A stretch of 64,000 bases of DNA from Puccinia triticina (taxonomy: Eukaryota): positions 7,316,001-7,380,000 of the forward strand of contig CP110439.1 in NCBI GenBank assembly GCA_026914245.1, given 5' to 3'. Below are positions 51,358 through 64,000 of this stretch, piece after piece. Position 1 is the first letter of the stretch; each line of letters opens with the position of its first letter. A program made the translations under genes and the position numbers. The notes beneath the pieces are model-generated. The model was not told the origin of the DNA, did not search any database, and saw nothing but the letters and a program-made list of their open reading frames with translations.

Positions 51358-51412
51358 TTATAAAAAACTTCTGATTTATTTGTGACACACCCCAGAATCA
51401 TTTAATCCTAAT

Positions 51413-51615
51413 AGGGGGGTTCAAAATAGGATAAAAATAAAACTTTAGAGTCAATTTTAAGGCCTTTATCAACAAATTTTTAAAAATCTGGCAAGATGTG
51501 CAGGACTGGGTGTCCCTTGAGAATCAGAGCAACTTCTTCACTTTTTAAAAAATTGTTCATAAAGGCCTTAAAATTAGCTTTAAAGTTTTATTTTTATCCT
51601 ATTGTGAACCCCCCT
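51413..51615. mobile_element. Fold-back MITE with AGGGGGGTTCA ends and AAT TSD
   Basis: About 75-bp inverted arms; AAT on both flanks; same termini as 358-1063. Confidence 0.85.
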
Positions 51616-52212
51616 AATGCACATCTGACTGATAATATATCCAACCAAAACTAACATACTCTGGCACTCCCTGGAGAGTGGGAACATATCTTCCCTGGTG
51701 CTTGCTACATATAGCAACGGTTAGCTCACAAGCTAGTTATCTACCCACACATATCACACAGCTCACACACCAATAAGGTCAAATCACACCTTGCTAATTT
51801 AGTAAGCAATAGCTGCAAGTCAAACTTTGCACAAAATTAGCTCAATTGGTAATGGTGCTCTTAAAAACACACTACCCTTACATATTGTAAAACACATTTT
51901 TTTAGGATAATCTTTTGTAAGTAAGCTGTCATAAAGCTTGTCAGTTTACTTCCAAATAATCGGGCCAAAATATGCTGTTGACATACATAGTGTAAAGGAA
52001 CATGCCACAATTATTTATTGTGTAATTGACACTGCCAAACGCGGCCTAAAGCAGATAGAAAGGAAGAAGCCCCAACGTTTGGAAGGCCCAGGATAGGTTT
52101 CCCTGGCCTGATCTTGGAACCCCGGGTACTCCCGGGGGCTCTCAGTCAGGGCGGGAGCATCTCAGCCGGACGGGTTAAACCGGGCGACTTAGGTTGACGA
52201 GAAGCTCATCCG

Positions 52213-53782
52213 ATGGCAACCCTGACGACAAGCACGACGAAGCCGGAGACAAAGCCGGAGACAAAGCCGGAAGCAAAGCCGACGCCGACCAAGCAAGAGC
52301 CGGCGCATTCGAGTGCCAAGCGCGTGCGGGGACCGACGAACATCTACTCCAAGCTACTCCCGATCACTCTTGCCGGAAACAAGCCAGACTCGTCAACCTT
52401 CTTCGCCAAGCTACTGCCTCTCCTCCGGCCCCTCCATGCCTCAAGATCCCCTGGATCCTCCTCGCTCACTATCACCGGCAGATATGACAAAATCACTAAC
52501 AGTATCTGGATCACTGCTGGCAGAACCATACTGTGGCAGCAAGGCTTCTTCGGCAAGGGGAGTCTTAGTAGGAGTGAGCCCACCTGGCTTCAACGAGCTA
52601 AGAACCGAAAGTTACTCGAAGTTCTAGAGGACGATAGATATCGTGAGTCAAAAGACCAAAAAACAAACTCTCTCTCTCTAATACAAGTTCTCGTTCACAT
52701 GCTGATCGTGATCGTTCGTCTTGACTATAGTCAAGCTGACAGCCGAGGAAATGACCGCGAAACGGCGGGTGGAGCGGAAGGAAAGCAAGATCCAAAAGTC
52801 GAAGCTCAAGCAGCTCGGGGTGACCAGCGAACCGGCTGTAGCGTCGTCGACGGTGACAGAAGAAATTCCGCGAGAGACCGTCAAGCTACCTCCGAAGCAG
52901 AAGCTGGCTCAAATGATACCCCCGGAACTGGCGCTGGAGGTTGAGAAGATCGAGGATCTGGAGCACCTACAATTGATGAATGAGGAGGCATTCTTTTTGA
53001 CGTTCGGGTTGGGATGTCTGGACGTTTCGGGAGAAGGCGACGAGGTTCGGAGTCCTGTTTTCCTCCTCCTCCTCCACCAGCAATCTTTCGCGTCCTTCTA
53101 GAGTCGGACTAAATCGGGGGGTGGGAAGCTGTCTCTAGGACTCTGTTAGGTCTTCGGCCGCCCCATTGACGATTATGGAGATGTGGGAGCTGTTTTGTCA
53201 GGCGTCACTCCGAGGAAAGCCCGACCAGACCATCCGTCCGGATAACCCATTCATCCTCTCTTACGTGGTCTACCATCACTTCCGTTCGCTCGGTTGGGTC
53301 GTCCGATCAGGCATCAAGTTTTGTGCTGATTGGGTCCTCTACGGATCCAGAGGGCCCGTTGGTGGCCATGCTGAGTTGCGCCACTTCCTTTTCTTTTTTT
53401 CCCTCCATCGCTGATTGCCCACTGACCTAGCTACCTTCTTATCTCCGAAAACACTCAGGTTCGCTGTCTGTATGATTCCAGTGTATGCAGATGGTAGGCC
53501 AGTCGAGATGATGGAAGACCGGACATCATGGAGATGGCTGGGAACAGTGAACCGGGTGTGTGCAGGTGTGAAAAAGGTGAGCAACTACTTCTCAGAGACC
53601 ATCCCTTCAGAACTGCTCGCTGAAGCTCCATCACTCTCGTCATCCAGACCTTGATCTTGGTTCATGTTATCGTGCCTAACGAAATCGAAAGCGACGACTT
53701 GAATTCTCCGCAGATCTTAACCAAATATATTATCAAGGAAATTGCTCTCAAACGCTTCATTCCTGCCCGCATGAGAGACTGA
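52213..53782 (+). CDS. SEN2: tRNA-splicing endonuclease catalytic subunit Sen2; 5 exons
   Basis: [82 protein letters not shown], and RFIPARMRD stop. Confidence 0.95.
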
Positions 53783-55237
53783 TTCACTGTACACAGACAA
53801 AGATTCTATACTCAAAAAAGGAAGCACGAAAAATTCACCTGCATCCACTGCGAAGAAATATACCTTTCTGTGTCTTCCTTGCCTACCTAAATCTCATCAT
53901 GTTTTTGTAATCTTTGTCGCTATTTCCCACTGCAGAAAAAAAGTCCCAACAAGTCAATCAGACCTGCCAGAAGCCAAACCCAGCATTTTGTTTTTGCTTT
54001 GACTAGGTGATAATGTAACAAATACGCGTGCAATGTGGTACAAAGAGAAGTTCGGGAATTGTCCCACCGACTTTGCCATGCGAAGGCTTTAGGAAAGGTA
54101 GATTTGGAAAAGGAGCGTCGGCAATACTCACGTCACGAGAAGTGGCTGGCTGAGCATCGAGATCTTTGTCACACTCGAATGCTCTTGGGATCAGGATGAA
54201 TTTGCCAGCCGAGCCAGGCCAAGCCATCGTCGTCCTCCTCGCCTCCGAACAACTCTTCCTCCAGGGCGAGTGGCTGGCTCCTGCTTGGATGGTTCCACTT
54301 GTCTTACATTAGCGTCCTCGGCCTTCGGTTTGGGTTCGTTGGGGTAGGGTCTGACATGGGACTCTCACCGCAATCCACCGGGGCACCCGCACAGAGACCG
54401 AATGCGCAAGCCCCGTGCCACCCGTCTACGGTCTGCCTGGCGATAACTTTATGCAACAAAACGACAACAGCTGGTCGGGTTCCCTCCGGCAGAGATCCAT
54501 GGATTGGATAACAAAGCAACGTACCGACAGGAGATGCATAGGTAAACACTTATCGTTTGAATGAAGGTACGGAACAAGTAAGTGATGTCGATTGCTCCGG
54601 AGCACGATTGGCTCATAATGCCTTGAACTTCACCCCCTCGCAGGCCTCATTAGGCCTCATTCCCTCCAGCTTAATTCACAACTCCCTTGATGTGGGATCT
54701 CTGACCGACTCCAGGAATGTCTGGAATGTATAGGTTCCCGGGGACCGACCCCTACTTATTTTCATCTCAACCCATCTCTCGTTCCGGCAGCATTTCTCCA
54801 GTTCTTCATCGAGCAAATGGAATTTACATTTTCGCTTGTCAATCAACCGAAACATGGTGCTTACTCTGTCCAAGCCTAACAAAGAATTGAACTTGTTTTG
54901 TTGGATCTTGCTTTGTAGCGTTGGTCAAGAGCCATCCCTGGGCGACGGCCACACGCTTGGAGGGCCACTTGGTTTGCAAGATATTCATCAGCAGGACCAG
55001 TACGGGAGAGGTTTATTACGATAGCCTCTTTCAAATGGATACCATTTTGAATCGTGTTCAACGCGGCTGTGATGGTCTCAGCCAACACCTCCCGATGGGG
55101 TATGTGGCATAAATTGTTGGCTATATCCAGCCGTTCTCAAGCGTTTGACGATTACAGAGCAAGGAAACAAACAATGGTAATACAGTATTTACAGCTAACA
55201 GGTTGTTACATAAGTTGTGCCGAAATAAAAGAAGCTA

Positions 55238-56490
55238 CTACCATCCATAAGATGAATTCTCGAGAATCATTTGGTTTGGTCCATCAACAATGTTCAAGAA
55301 GTTATCGAGAGTGGAATGGAACTGGTCTATCACATCGCGAAAATAAGCGTCGAAGTCGAACTGAGGGGGACTCTCCGAATGAGCGGGTTGATTACGAGTG
55401 ACAAGATATGATTTCAAGCAGTCCAAGCCCTCTTGAAAATCTCGGCGAATGGCCCTAACGATTTGTCGAGAGAGCATGATTTCTGATCCTTCAATTCTAT
55501 TTTGTTGATAAATCACCGTTGCTTGGTCCAGAAAGTCATCGGTGAAATCGAGGGGAGGCCGTGTCTTGTAGATGATTAGCTCCATGTCATCGCTGCTAAC
55601 TTCTTTCAGGGCAAATGGCAGCTTGTTTGTTGAGTAATTCGACAGTTTGCGGTAGAACACTCGGAAGACCTTGTATAGTGCTATGACCGTCCTCATCATT
55701 GCCGTGACATCTGGATCCCTCGGGACGTACGGTTCTCGCTCGGGGAAACCGTTTTGGAGGGCAGAGATTGTGAAGCTGAGGTCGTCGATCGTCTCTTCCC
55801 AGCTTTCTTGGATGAGGCCAAGGTCTGATCGCTTGAATCTCTTCACCATTCCGTCGATGTGGACCGTGCATCGAGTTGCTTGGAACTTCATCTCTTTTTT
55901 CACCGCGCATTGCCAGTCTTCTTTTTCTTCGGAGCCTGTGTCCTCAACTATCGGTTGATGGTCGGGTGCCGTACCTTGAACCAAATCACGACAACGTTCC
56001 AAGAAGTAGTGCAGCAAGCATTGCAGGTCGTACGTGTCGCTCAGCAAGCGCTTGCATCTGAATAGCTTGAATATCTTGCAATCACGGTCCTCTGTCAAGG
56101 CAGGTTGATCGGGACGTAGAGTGATTGAGAAAACAGCAACACTGGTTCGTTCAATCGTGTGCTGCAATGCTGCAACCGTTGGAAACAGCGAGAGTTCAGG
56201 CACCGGTCCATTCTCGAAATCAATCGTCTCGAAGGTTGATAGTAGCGCATCGATCTGCTTGCGCATCAGGGGCAATAGATTCGAGTAAATTTCAACTAGG
56301 TCTGTCAACCCCGGGTCTTTTTGCTCGTCGTAGACGGATTGATGGCTATTATCCATGGCCCAAGTCAAATGGGTGAAAGCCATTCGGATTAAAGCTAAAC
56401 AGATTTTACGCATATCACGTCAATCTTCTGATACTAATTTGCTGATTATTTCGGAGAAAGCTTACCGTTTTTCTCATCAAAAGTTGACAT
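55238..56490 (-). CDS. Lineage-specific hypothetical protein (about 390 aa), probably from an expanded rust-fungal family; 2 exons
   Basis: 25-nt exon 56490-56466 (MSTFDEKN) splices to the long ORF at 56394; helical composition; TATATAAA on the minus strand near 56780; no recognisable domain. Confidence 0.75.
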
Positions 56491-58543
56491 TATGGAAGCT
56501 TGAGGCTTTTCGAAGTCGAAGGGGTGATAGAGGGTATAGTACTAAATATGTAACCTAACAAATCCGTGAGGTACCGATGTATAACGATAAAGGAATAAGA
56601 GTTTGGTCTTCTCTCCAGTTTGAGATTTGCAACTCGCAAATCAGGAAAGGGTCGTATTTGCGGTGGTGAATGTGGGGAGTAATTGGTGTGAGAAGAATGC
56701 AAGCTGGATTTTTCCGACTAAATATAAGGAAGAGGAAGCGGGTAAGAATGGGGAGGGAAGACTGGATTGGGCCGACTTTATATAGACGTGGACGCTGTTG
56801 AAGGCTGGGGGGAAGCGGTCAGAGCGGGCCCTGGATTTTTTCCACTTCATAGGTGTAGACAAGCAGGTGGATGAAGGGTCAGCAGACTTCCGGAGTGTTT
56901 GTTCGTCATGAACCGACGCAGAACCCGAGAGAAAATTCTGTAACCCGAAGGAAGTCATCAACTATTTCTTAGCAAACATCAAGATGATCACTAAACCCGT
57001 GTAGATGGCGAATACCGCCCGTGGAGCCATTTGGTCTGTGCATCTCGCCCGACCCTATCCAGTTGGGCTGGTTCCGTTCACTCCCAAGCATGCCGTGTAC
57101 ATACTCAGGGGAGTGGCGCGGGCTTCCTCGAAAGCACCTCCCATAAACTACGTAGTGTTATCGGTAGGACCCTGGGACACTGTGTAAGCCATGTGGCCGA
57201 TTGAGGCCAAGGACAAGCGAAAGAAGGGCCGGATGGTGAATTGTTTGGACTGCATAAGTATGTATAGACGAGCAGCTAAATAAAGGATGAGGAGACTCGC
57301 GGTCTGTTTGTTCACCATGTAAGCGACGCAAAACATGAGAGAAGCTTCTGTCACTTGAAGAAAGTCGCCAAATACTTCTTGGTCATTAACATCAAGATGC
57401 TCACTCAACTCGGATGGAATCGGATGGTGGATAGCACTCGGAGAACCACTGGGGTTGAGCAGCTGGGGCAGCCATGATTGAGCTCGTTCCGCGATTACAC
57501 TGCAAAGCGAAATAGATTACTGAGCATAAAAGCTCCTCCTCGAAAGCCCCTGCCAAACCACACGGTGCAATCGGTAGCAACCGATATATTTTTCTAAGGA
57601 AACAAATAACTTCCGTCAAATTTTGGTGGTACTGTTGGCTACTGGAACTTTTTTCCGGCAAGGGTTTTGTTTTTGCCCGGACAATAGATTAGAGTACCTT
57701 CTTATCACAGGGGAGTTCACCAGACATTGCATGTGAGATGAGAAACTCCGGATTCAGTTTCTGACCGTCCCTGTGAGTTTTTGCCATGTTTTGACACGTG
57801 CAAGGAGTCGGGAGGGACATGTTCAACCTAACATTTTGAAGTGGTTTTGAAAACCACTTCAAAACTTTTCAAACTCAATTGCAGACGGCATTGCGGGTGC
57901 AGTTGTCATAGGTTCTTTGAAACATTTTTGAAAATGCTTTGTGAGAAAGGGCCCAAAACCAATTGGAAAGAGGGGAAACATTTTCAAAAACCATGTTAAA
58001 ACCAACAATGTTTGAAAATTTTTTCCAGAACCTTTTCTTGCATCCCTGGTGTAGTCCACAAAAACTGAGATATTGTCAGCCATCAACTCTGTATAGCATG
58101 TAGTCCCTCCGTTTGCTGCAATGCAACCAGTGTTTTAGTAACTTTTGCCACTTCATGGGTAGGAAAGTGTAACCTTGTTAAGTGGGGGTTAATTTCAATA
58201 TGGCAGAATGTTGAACACCCACATCCGCTGGTGGGTACCCCCTGACAGCCACTGTGTACCCGCCAGCGGATTGCAGGTACCCACAACGGGTTTGCAAGGG
58301 CCATCTCTACACTGCACCTGTCAGGGTGCAAATGGGTTGGGCCGGCCCAAAACCAACCCAATACCTGTTAGGTTGCGGGTCAGGTTCAGGCACATTTTCA
58401 AAGAAAATCACATGACCTGTACAGTACCCAAACCAAACCAACTTATAAAACTTTTGGGTCAGGTTCCAGCAGCCTATTTACTGTTTGGGTTGTCCCCAGA
58501 CCACAATTTTTCCAGCAGTAAATTTGGTGGTCATTTTCACTTA

Positions 58544-61046
58544 GGGAGTTGAAAAATCGACTCCCAAGAATTAATAAATCGACTCCCAAAAGTCGTTTAC
58601 GTTGCGCAGACCGTCTTGGGACCTCCCCCCTGGGTCCTCGGGACCTCGCGCGGCCCCAAAAGCATTTTGGGAGTCAATTAATTAATTCCCCTCTCAAGAA
58701 TGGGAGTCAATATATTAATTTAACAAAAAATGACAGAATATACAAAAGAATTTATATCTTGTCACTGTTGTACCCAAACACCCTAAAACTTTTACAGCAA
58801 TCTACACCACGGGTGAGGTTTTAAAGTTTCCATCCAGTAAATTTACTGGATGGTACAAAAAACCGAAAACCACTCGGAATCATTCCGGTATGGTCGAAGG
58901 ACCAAAAACCAATCGGAATGCTTCCGGTATGGTCAAAGGACCGGAATCATTCCGAATGCAATTCGGGTTAAAACCAAACCCAAAAAAAAAATTTTGCATC
59001 GGAACGAAGTCGAAAAAGTTTTGACTTCATTCCAGGAAATACAGACTGGGATCTGTTTCCGGTATTTTTCCGGTATTTTTGCCGGAAAAATTCTGTATAT
59101 GAGTGATCAAGCCTTGCATATGCAAGATCACAAACACAAATCACACTTTGCCCTGCATGGCCTGTCTAGCGTAGTGGTCAAGGGGCTCCTGTGGAGGTAG
59201 ATCAGCAACATGTTGCTGGTTCAATCCTCCCTTTTGGCTGGGGAATTTGTATGGTCCCCATTTTGAGCCAAGAACACCCCGCCACAGCCCGGAACCATTC
59301 CGAAAAACTTTTGAAAGAAATTTGGAATGGCGTTGGCAATCCGTAGTATTTTTGGATTGCCCTCCAGTAGAATTCCAGGAAGATTCCAGTGGAAACGCCG
59401 ACGGTCTGACGACGGTCCCCCCTTGCAGGCAGACACCTCGAAATGATTTCGGTTACCAACCGAAATCATTTCAAATAACTTCACCCGTGGTGTAAATACA
59501 CTCTTTAGAGAATATTCTGAGCTTCACGGCATTATTACTCCTCAGGGAGAATCTGTGTAGCCGGGGGCGGCTTTGGCGGATTTCCTACTAAGGCAAACCG
59601 CCAAAACCTTATCTACGGTGCTCCAAATGGCCCCAAATTTTTTCTGCTATAAGAATAAACTCTTGAAGACATATTTTAAGCTTCACGGCATTAGTCCTCC
59701 TCAGGGAGACCCTGTGTAGCCAAGGGGCGGATTTGGCGGATTTCCTACTAAGCCGTACCCCCAAAACCTTATCTGCGGTGCTCCAAACGACCCCAAGTTT
59801 TTTCTGCTATAAGAATAAACTCTTTAAGACATATGTTAAGCTTCACGGCATTAGCCATCCTCAGGGAGACCCTGTGTAGCCGGGAGGCGGATTTGGCGGA
59901 TTTCCTACTAAGGCAAACCCCCAAAACCTTATCTATGGTGCTCCAAACAGCCCCAAATTTTTTCTGCTATAAGAATAAACTCTCTAGTAAACATTATAAG
60001 CTCCAATGAGGAATTACACATCAGGCACACCTTCTATCAACCGTGGTGTAGCGTAGCGCAGCGCAAATGCGCTATTTTTTAGCGTAGCATTAGTGCAAAT
60101 GCGCAGATCTGCGCTAACACTAAAATAAAAGCTAAAATAGCTTTGCACCCTGTGCGCGTAGCTTTAGCACAGATGCGCGTGATTGCACTAACACTACGCT
60201 AAAAAATAGTGCGTTTGCACTGCACTACGCTACACCATGGTTGATAGAAGGTGTGCCTGATGTGTAATACCTCCTTGGAGCTTATAATGTTTTCTAGAGA
60301 GTGTATTATTATAGTAGAAAAAATTTGGGGCTGTTTGGAGCACCGTAGATAAGGTTTTGGGGGTTTGCCTTAGTAGGAAATCCGCCAAATCCGCCCCCCG
60401 GCTACACAGGGTCTCCCTGAGGAGGACTAATGCCGCGAAGCTTAACATATGTCTTAAATAGTTTATTCTTATAGCAGAAAAAATTCGGGGCCATTTGGAG
60501 CACCGTAGATAAGGTTTTGGGGGGTTGCCGTAGTAGGAAATCCGCCAAATCCGCCTCCCAGCCACACAGGGTCTCCCTGTGGAGGGCTAATGCCGTGAAG
60601 ATTACCATATGTTTCAAAGAGTTCATTGTTATAGCAGAAAACATTTGGGGCTGTTTGGAGCACTGTAGATAAGGTTTGGTGGTTTGCCTTAGTAGGAAAT
60701 CCGCCAAATCCGCCCCCCGCTACACAGGTTCTCCCTGAGGGATAATAATGCTGTGAAGCTCACAATATTCTCTAAAGAGTGTATTTAGATTGCTGTAAAA
60801 GTTTTAGGGTGTTTGGGTACAACAGTGACAAGATATGATTTTTTTTGTATACTCCGTCATTTTTTGTTAAATTAATATATTGACTCCCATTCTCAAGAGG
60901 GGAATTAATTAATTGACTCCCAAAATGCTTTTGGGGCTGCGCGAGGTCCCAAGGACCCAGGGGGGACGTCCCAAGATGGTCCGCGCAACGTAAGCGACTT
61001 TTGGGAGTCGATTCATTAATTCTTGGGAGTCGATTTTTCAACTCCC
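58544..61046. mobile_element. 2.5-kb fold-back (long-TIR, MULE-like) element with three 160-bp tandem units per arm
   Basis: GGGAGTTGAAAAATCGACTCCC at both ends, inverted; arms match through to the centre near 60140; flanks TTCACTTA/TCCACTTA. Confidence 0.85.
58805..59492. mobile_element. TA-TSD (Tc1/mariner-type) MITE nested in the left arm of the fold-back element
   Basis: CACCACGGGTGA TIRs with TA on both sides; the right arm shows the empty site CAATCTAAATAC. Confidence 0.9.
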
Positions 61047-61546
61047 TCCACTTAATAGGATGGGTTAGCCCAACTGTTGGATTTTCACATGACCCAAACC
61101 CAACCCAACCCAACCTAGAATGGCATTGGTTTGCGTTTGGGCAGCATATCTTTCAAACTTCCCTGACCCAACCTGACCCAAAATAAATGTTGGCCCTTGG
61201 GTGGGGTTCAGGATTTTTTTTTGGCCAAAACCTGGGCTTTTCACATCCTGAAGCAGCTGGCAATGCCTGAGTGGGTAAGTGGTGTACCATTGTTATAACC
61301 TGGACCAACAAGGAGAGCCAAAGCTCCTAAACCCCCTAAGTGACTGGTACTGGGCATCAAGAGAGTTCTGACTCTCTTGTTGGCCAGCACCAGCCCTGGG
61401 GAGTAGAGAATGTTGACTGGTACCACCCGCACCCTCCCCACACCGGCCAGGTAGGGATGGCACTTCATACCCGGGTACCCGGACAGAATTTCACTAAAAT
61501 CAGACACCCGCACCCACTCAAAAGGCAAGTACCTGCAGCCTGCAGG

Positions 61547-61840
61547 CAATGGTGCAACAAATTCAATACGTGTGTTGTATAGGCATATACATTGTATTGT
61601 ATTTATTTTTGAATACAAAATGTCTTGGCGTATTTGTATTGCATTGGTCACCCAATACAATACAATAAATTTCAAAAAAAATGTATTGACTGTGCCAATC
61701 CACAAAATGTTACATTTGGGGAGGGCAATACATTATGCAAAAAATACATTGTATTGTATTGGATAAAAAATACAATACAAATACACTGTATATTCTATAC
61801 AAAACAATACAATACATGTATAGTATTTGTTGCACCGTTG
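61547..61840. mobile_element. MITE with CAAYGGTGCAACAAAT TIRs and 7-bp TSD
   Basis: CTGCAGG at 61540-61546 and 61841-61847; AATAC/GTATT subrepeats. Confidence 0.9.
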
Positions 61841-61915
61841 CTGCAGGTAAAATTGGGTCCCAAGACCTCATTGGGTCCGAAGACCCATTGATTGGGTCTG
61901 AAGACCCATGAATTG

Positions 61916-63025
61916 CTAACTTATCAAAGTCCCTCCCCATGCGGGAGGTCGGAGTTCGGAGTTCGGGTGGTGGTCCAGGGGGTAACTCAGTTGGGTGGAG
62001 CTTAAGTTTGGCTGGTGCCAAAGCCACCCCTCACCCGACCGGTCCGCATATTCCCTCCTTGAAGGATCGTTCCCGCGCGCGCGGGGGACATCCTTCAAGG
62101 GTGTGTTACACCCAACAGCGGCATGCCAAACTTGCCAAACATGGCAGTTTGGCTGCCATTTACAGTCGATCGACTTCGCAAAAGTCGATCGACTTCGTTC
62201 CTCTTGTCAACATTTTTTCATATCCCCCCCAGGACCTAACCTAAGGGCTGGTTGGGGTGGTTGAGAGGTGGGATGTTGTCGGATTCCGACTTCGTCGAAA
62301 TCCGAACTTCAAGTCGCGCGAGGTATGGCAGCCAAACTGCCATGTTTGGCAAGTTTGGCATGCCGCTGTTGGGTGTAACCCACCCTTGAAGGATGTCCCC
62401 CGCGCGCACGGGAACAATCCTTCAAGGAGGGAATATGCCAACTACTCAGGTGCCACCCCTCCCGCAGGGAGGGACTTACGGCTAAAGCAACTGTTTGGGT
62501 GGGAGACCACCCACCAAAAAGTGATGGGAAATCACTCTTTGAATTTTGTAGCCTGCAGCTTCAACCCTGCCCCCCCCCCCCATTATCGGAACTTAAGCTG
62601 CTATATACTTTGTTGATTTTTTGAGCTCATCACATCAACATCACATTTTCCAAGTTTTTTGCGATAAATTTTTGTAAAGCCCACCCAGACTCAAGACAGC
62701 GGTCTTCACAGGCGGTGCCTGGCCCCGCAGGCCTGTGCGGGTCAAGTTTTTGTTTCTCTTATTTCGGCTTTGCTTGTCTGCTATACTTTTTCCTTTGAAA
62801 ATCTGAGCTGACGGGAAGGAAGATGAGGTGCAGGTGCCTCTGTCAATGCTCAGGACCTCATATGTAGCTCGCATAACGAGCGAGCTACAGGCTCTCAAAG
62901 TTGAACCAGGATTTTGCCTGATGTTCTCAGGCGAGCACCCCCGCTTTGGGTCTAAGTCCCTCCCTGCGGTCGGCGGCACTCTGCTCCCCACTCAGCCCCG
63001 CAGAGGAGGGACTTTGTTAAGTTAG
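61916..63025. mobile_element. Non-autonomous DNA element with 9-bp TSD, inserted in a 21-bp tandem repeat
   Basis: TIR CTAACTTA(T/A)CAAAGTCCCTCC; TSD CATGAATTG; internal inverted arms at about 62045-62160 and 62325-62440; flanking ATTGGGTCYRAAGACCCAT array at 61851-61915 and 63026-63142. Confidence 0.9.
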
Positions 63026-63159
63026 CATGAATTGGGTCTGAAGACCCATCTATTGGGTCCAAAGACCCATGAATTAGGTCTGAAGACCCATCTATTGGGT
63101 CCAAAGACCCATGAATTGGGCCTGAAGACCCATCTATTGGGAGACCTACATGGGCCACC

Positions 63160-63730
63160 TGGCTGGTCATTGAGTCCTCAATCACCAGTCAAATGGCCAG
63201 TCTAAGTACACATCCACCTTGATGACCGGCCAAATAAAATAGCCGGTCATCAATGACCGGCACTGACCGATTACGAAACGGCCATTGAGGGAGTACCTGG
63301 GAATAGGTACTCCTCTTGATGAACGGAACAGTCCGGCCATCAAGGGGATGTTGTTGCTCTTGACGACCGGGATAGCCGTTCATCAAGGCATGCACCTTGA
63401 TGATTGGTCAGACGGCCAGTCATCAAGGCAGCACCTCGATGATCAGTCAGACAGCCCATCAAGGCAGCACCTCAATGACTGGCCAGCTGGCCGGTCATCA
63501 AGGTACACAGTTGTTGCTGTCAACGACCGGGATAGACGCTCATCAAGGCATGCACCTCAATGATCCGTCAGACGGCCAGTCATCAAGGTGTATACATGTG
63601 TACCTTGCTGACCAGTCTGGCCGGTCATCGAGGTGTTTTTTGTGTACCTCAATGACCAGCAAGCTGTCCGGTCATCAAGATGTAAGGTCTGTACCTCGAT
63701 GACCAGTCAACTGGCCGGTCATCGAGGTGT
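63160..63730. repeat. Tandem palindromic GATGACCGG/CCGGTCATC(A/G)AG subrepeats
   Basis: Same motif family as about 590-900, 19000-19135, 20080-20220 and 41020-41330. Confidence 0.75.
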
Positions 63731-64000
63731 TAATGAGGGTGGGGGCGGAGGCGCGCAGGACCGGGGCGGCGTCGGCGGTCGGAGCAGACGCGCTGAGCTT
63801 CGCGACGAGCTCCGCTGGCCGACGCAGGTCGGCCGAGAGCAGCGTGTCATGGGCGCCATGGAGCTCCGTCGGCGGGCCATCTGCCCTGCCCGATTCTCCG
63901 ATATTAGCGTCTGTCTTCTTGTCTGGGGAGAGAGAGAGCAGCTCCACTCACCAGGCCGGCCATCGGGCGGAGGCGTTGTTGTTGCGGAAGGATCAAGCGA

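Noticed and set aside
52213..53782. Functional link between SEN2 and the tRNA-bearing TRIM
   Set aside because: They are 30 kb apart in a eukaryotic genome and the TRIM is a mobile insertion; proximity is best treated as chance.
54000..55200. Additional gene between SEN2 and the 55238-56490 gene
   Set aside because: Only short ORFs without motifs; no coherent exon chain found.
63730..64000. GC-rich coding fragment on the minus strand with a possible intron
   Set aside because: Cut by the window edge and abutting a repeat; product cannot be assigned.

Overview
Eukaryotic, intron-rich, repeat-dense DNA. Short GT-AG introns, the gene families and the TE types point to a basidiomycete, most likely a rust fungus (Pucciniales, Puccinia-like); this is inferred from content only. 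Eight spliced protein-coding genes are supportable: a two-domain Cys-rich secreted protein, a Pga1-like membrane protein, an ApsB/Mto1-type CM1 coiled-coil protein, a micro-exon-rich secreted protein, an Nrg1-type C2H2 factor, Erv2, Sen2 and a lineage-specific protein. Between them lie nested transposons: hAT, Tourist, TA-TSD, 7-bp-TSD and 9-bp-TSD DNA elements, solo LTRs, a deleted Copia-type element, and relics of a Tc1 transposase and a RecQ-type helicase. The most striking object is a complete 637-bp miniature LTR retroelement (TRIM) whose two LTRs each carry a tRNA-Thr(AGT)-like Pol III cassette, an architecture that matches the described Helenus type. Most short ORFs in the supplied track are spurious frames in repeats. 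All exon models and TSDs were read by eye; no searches were run.
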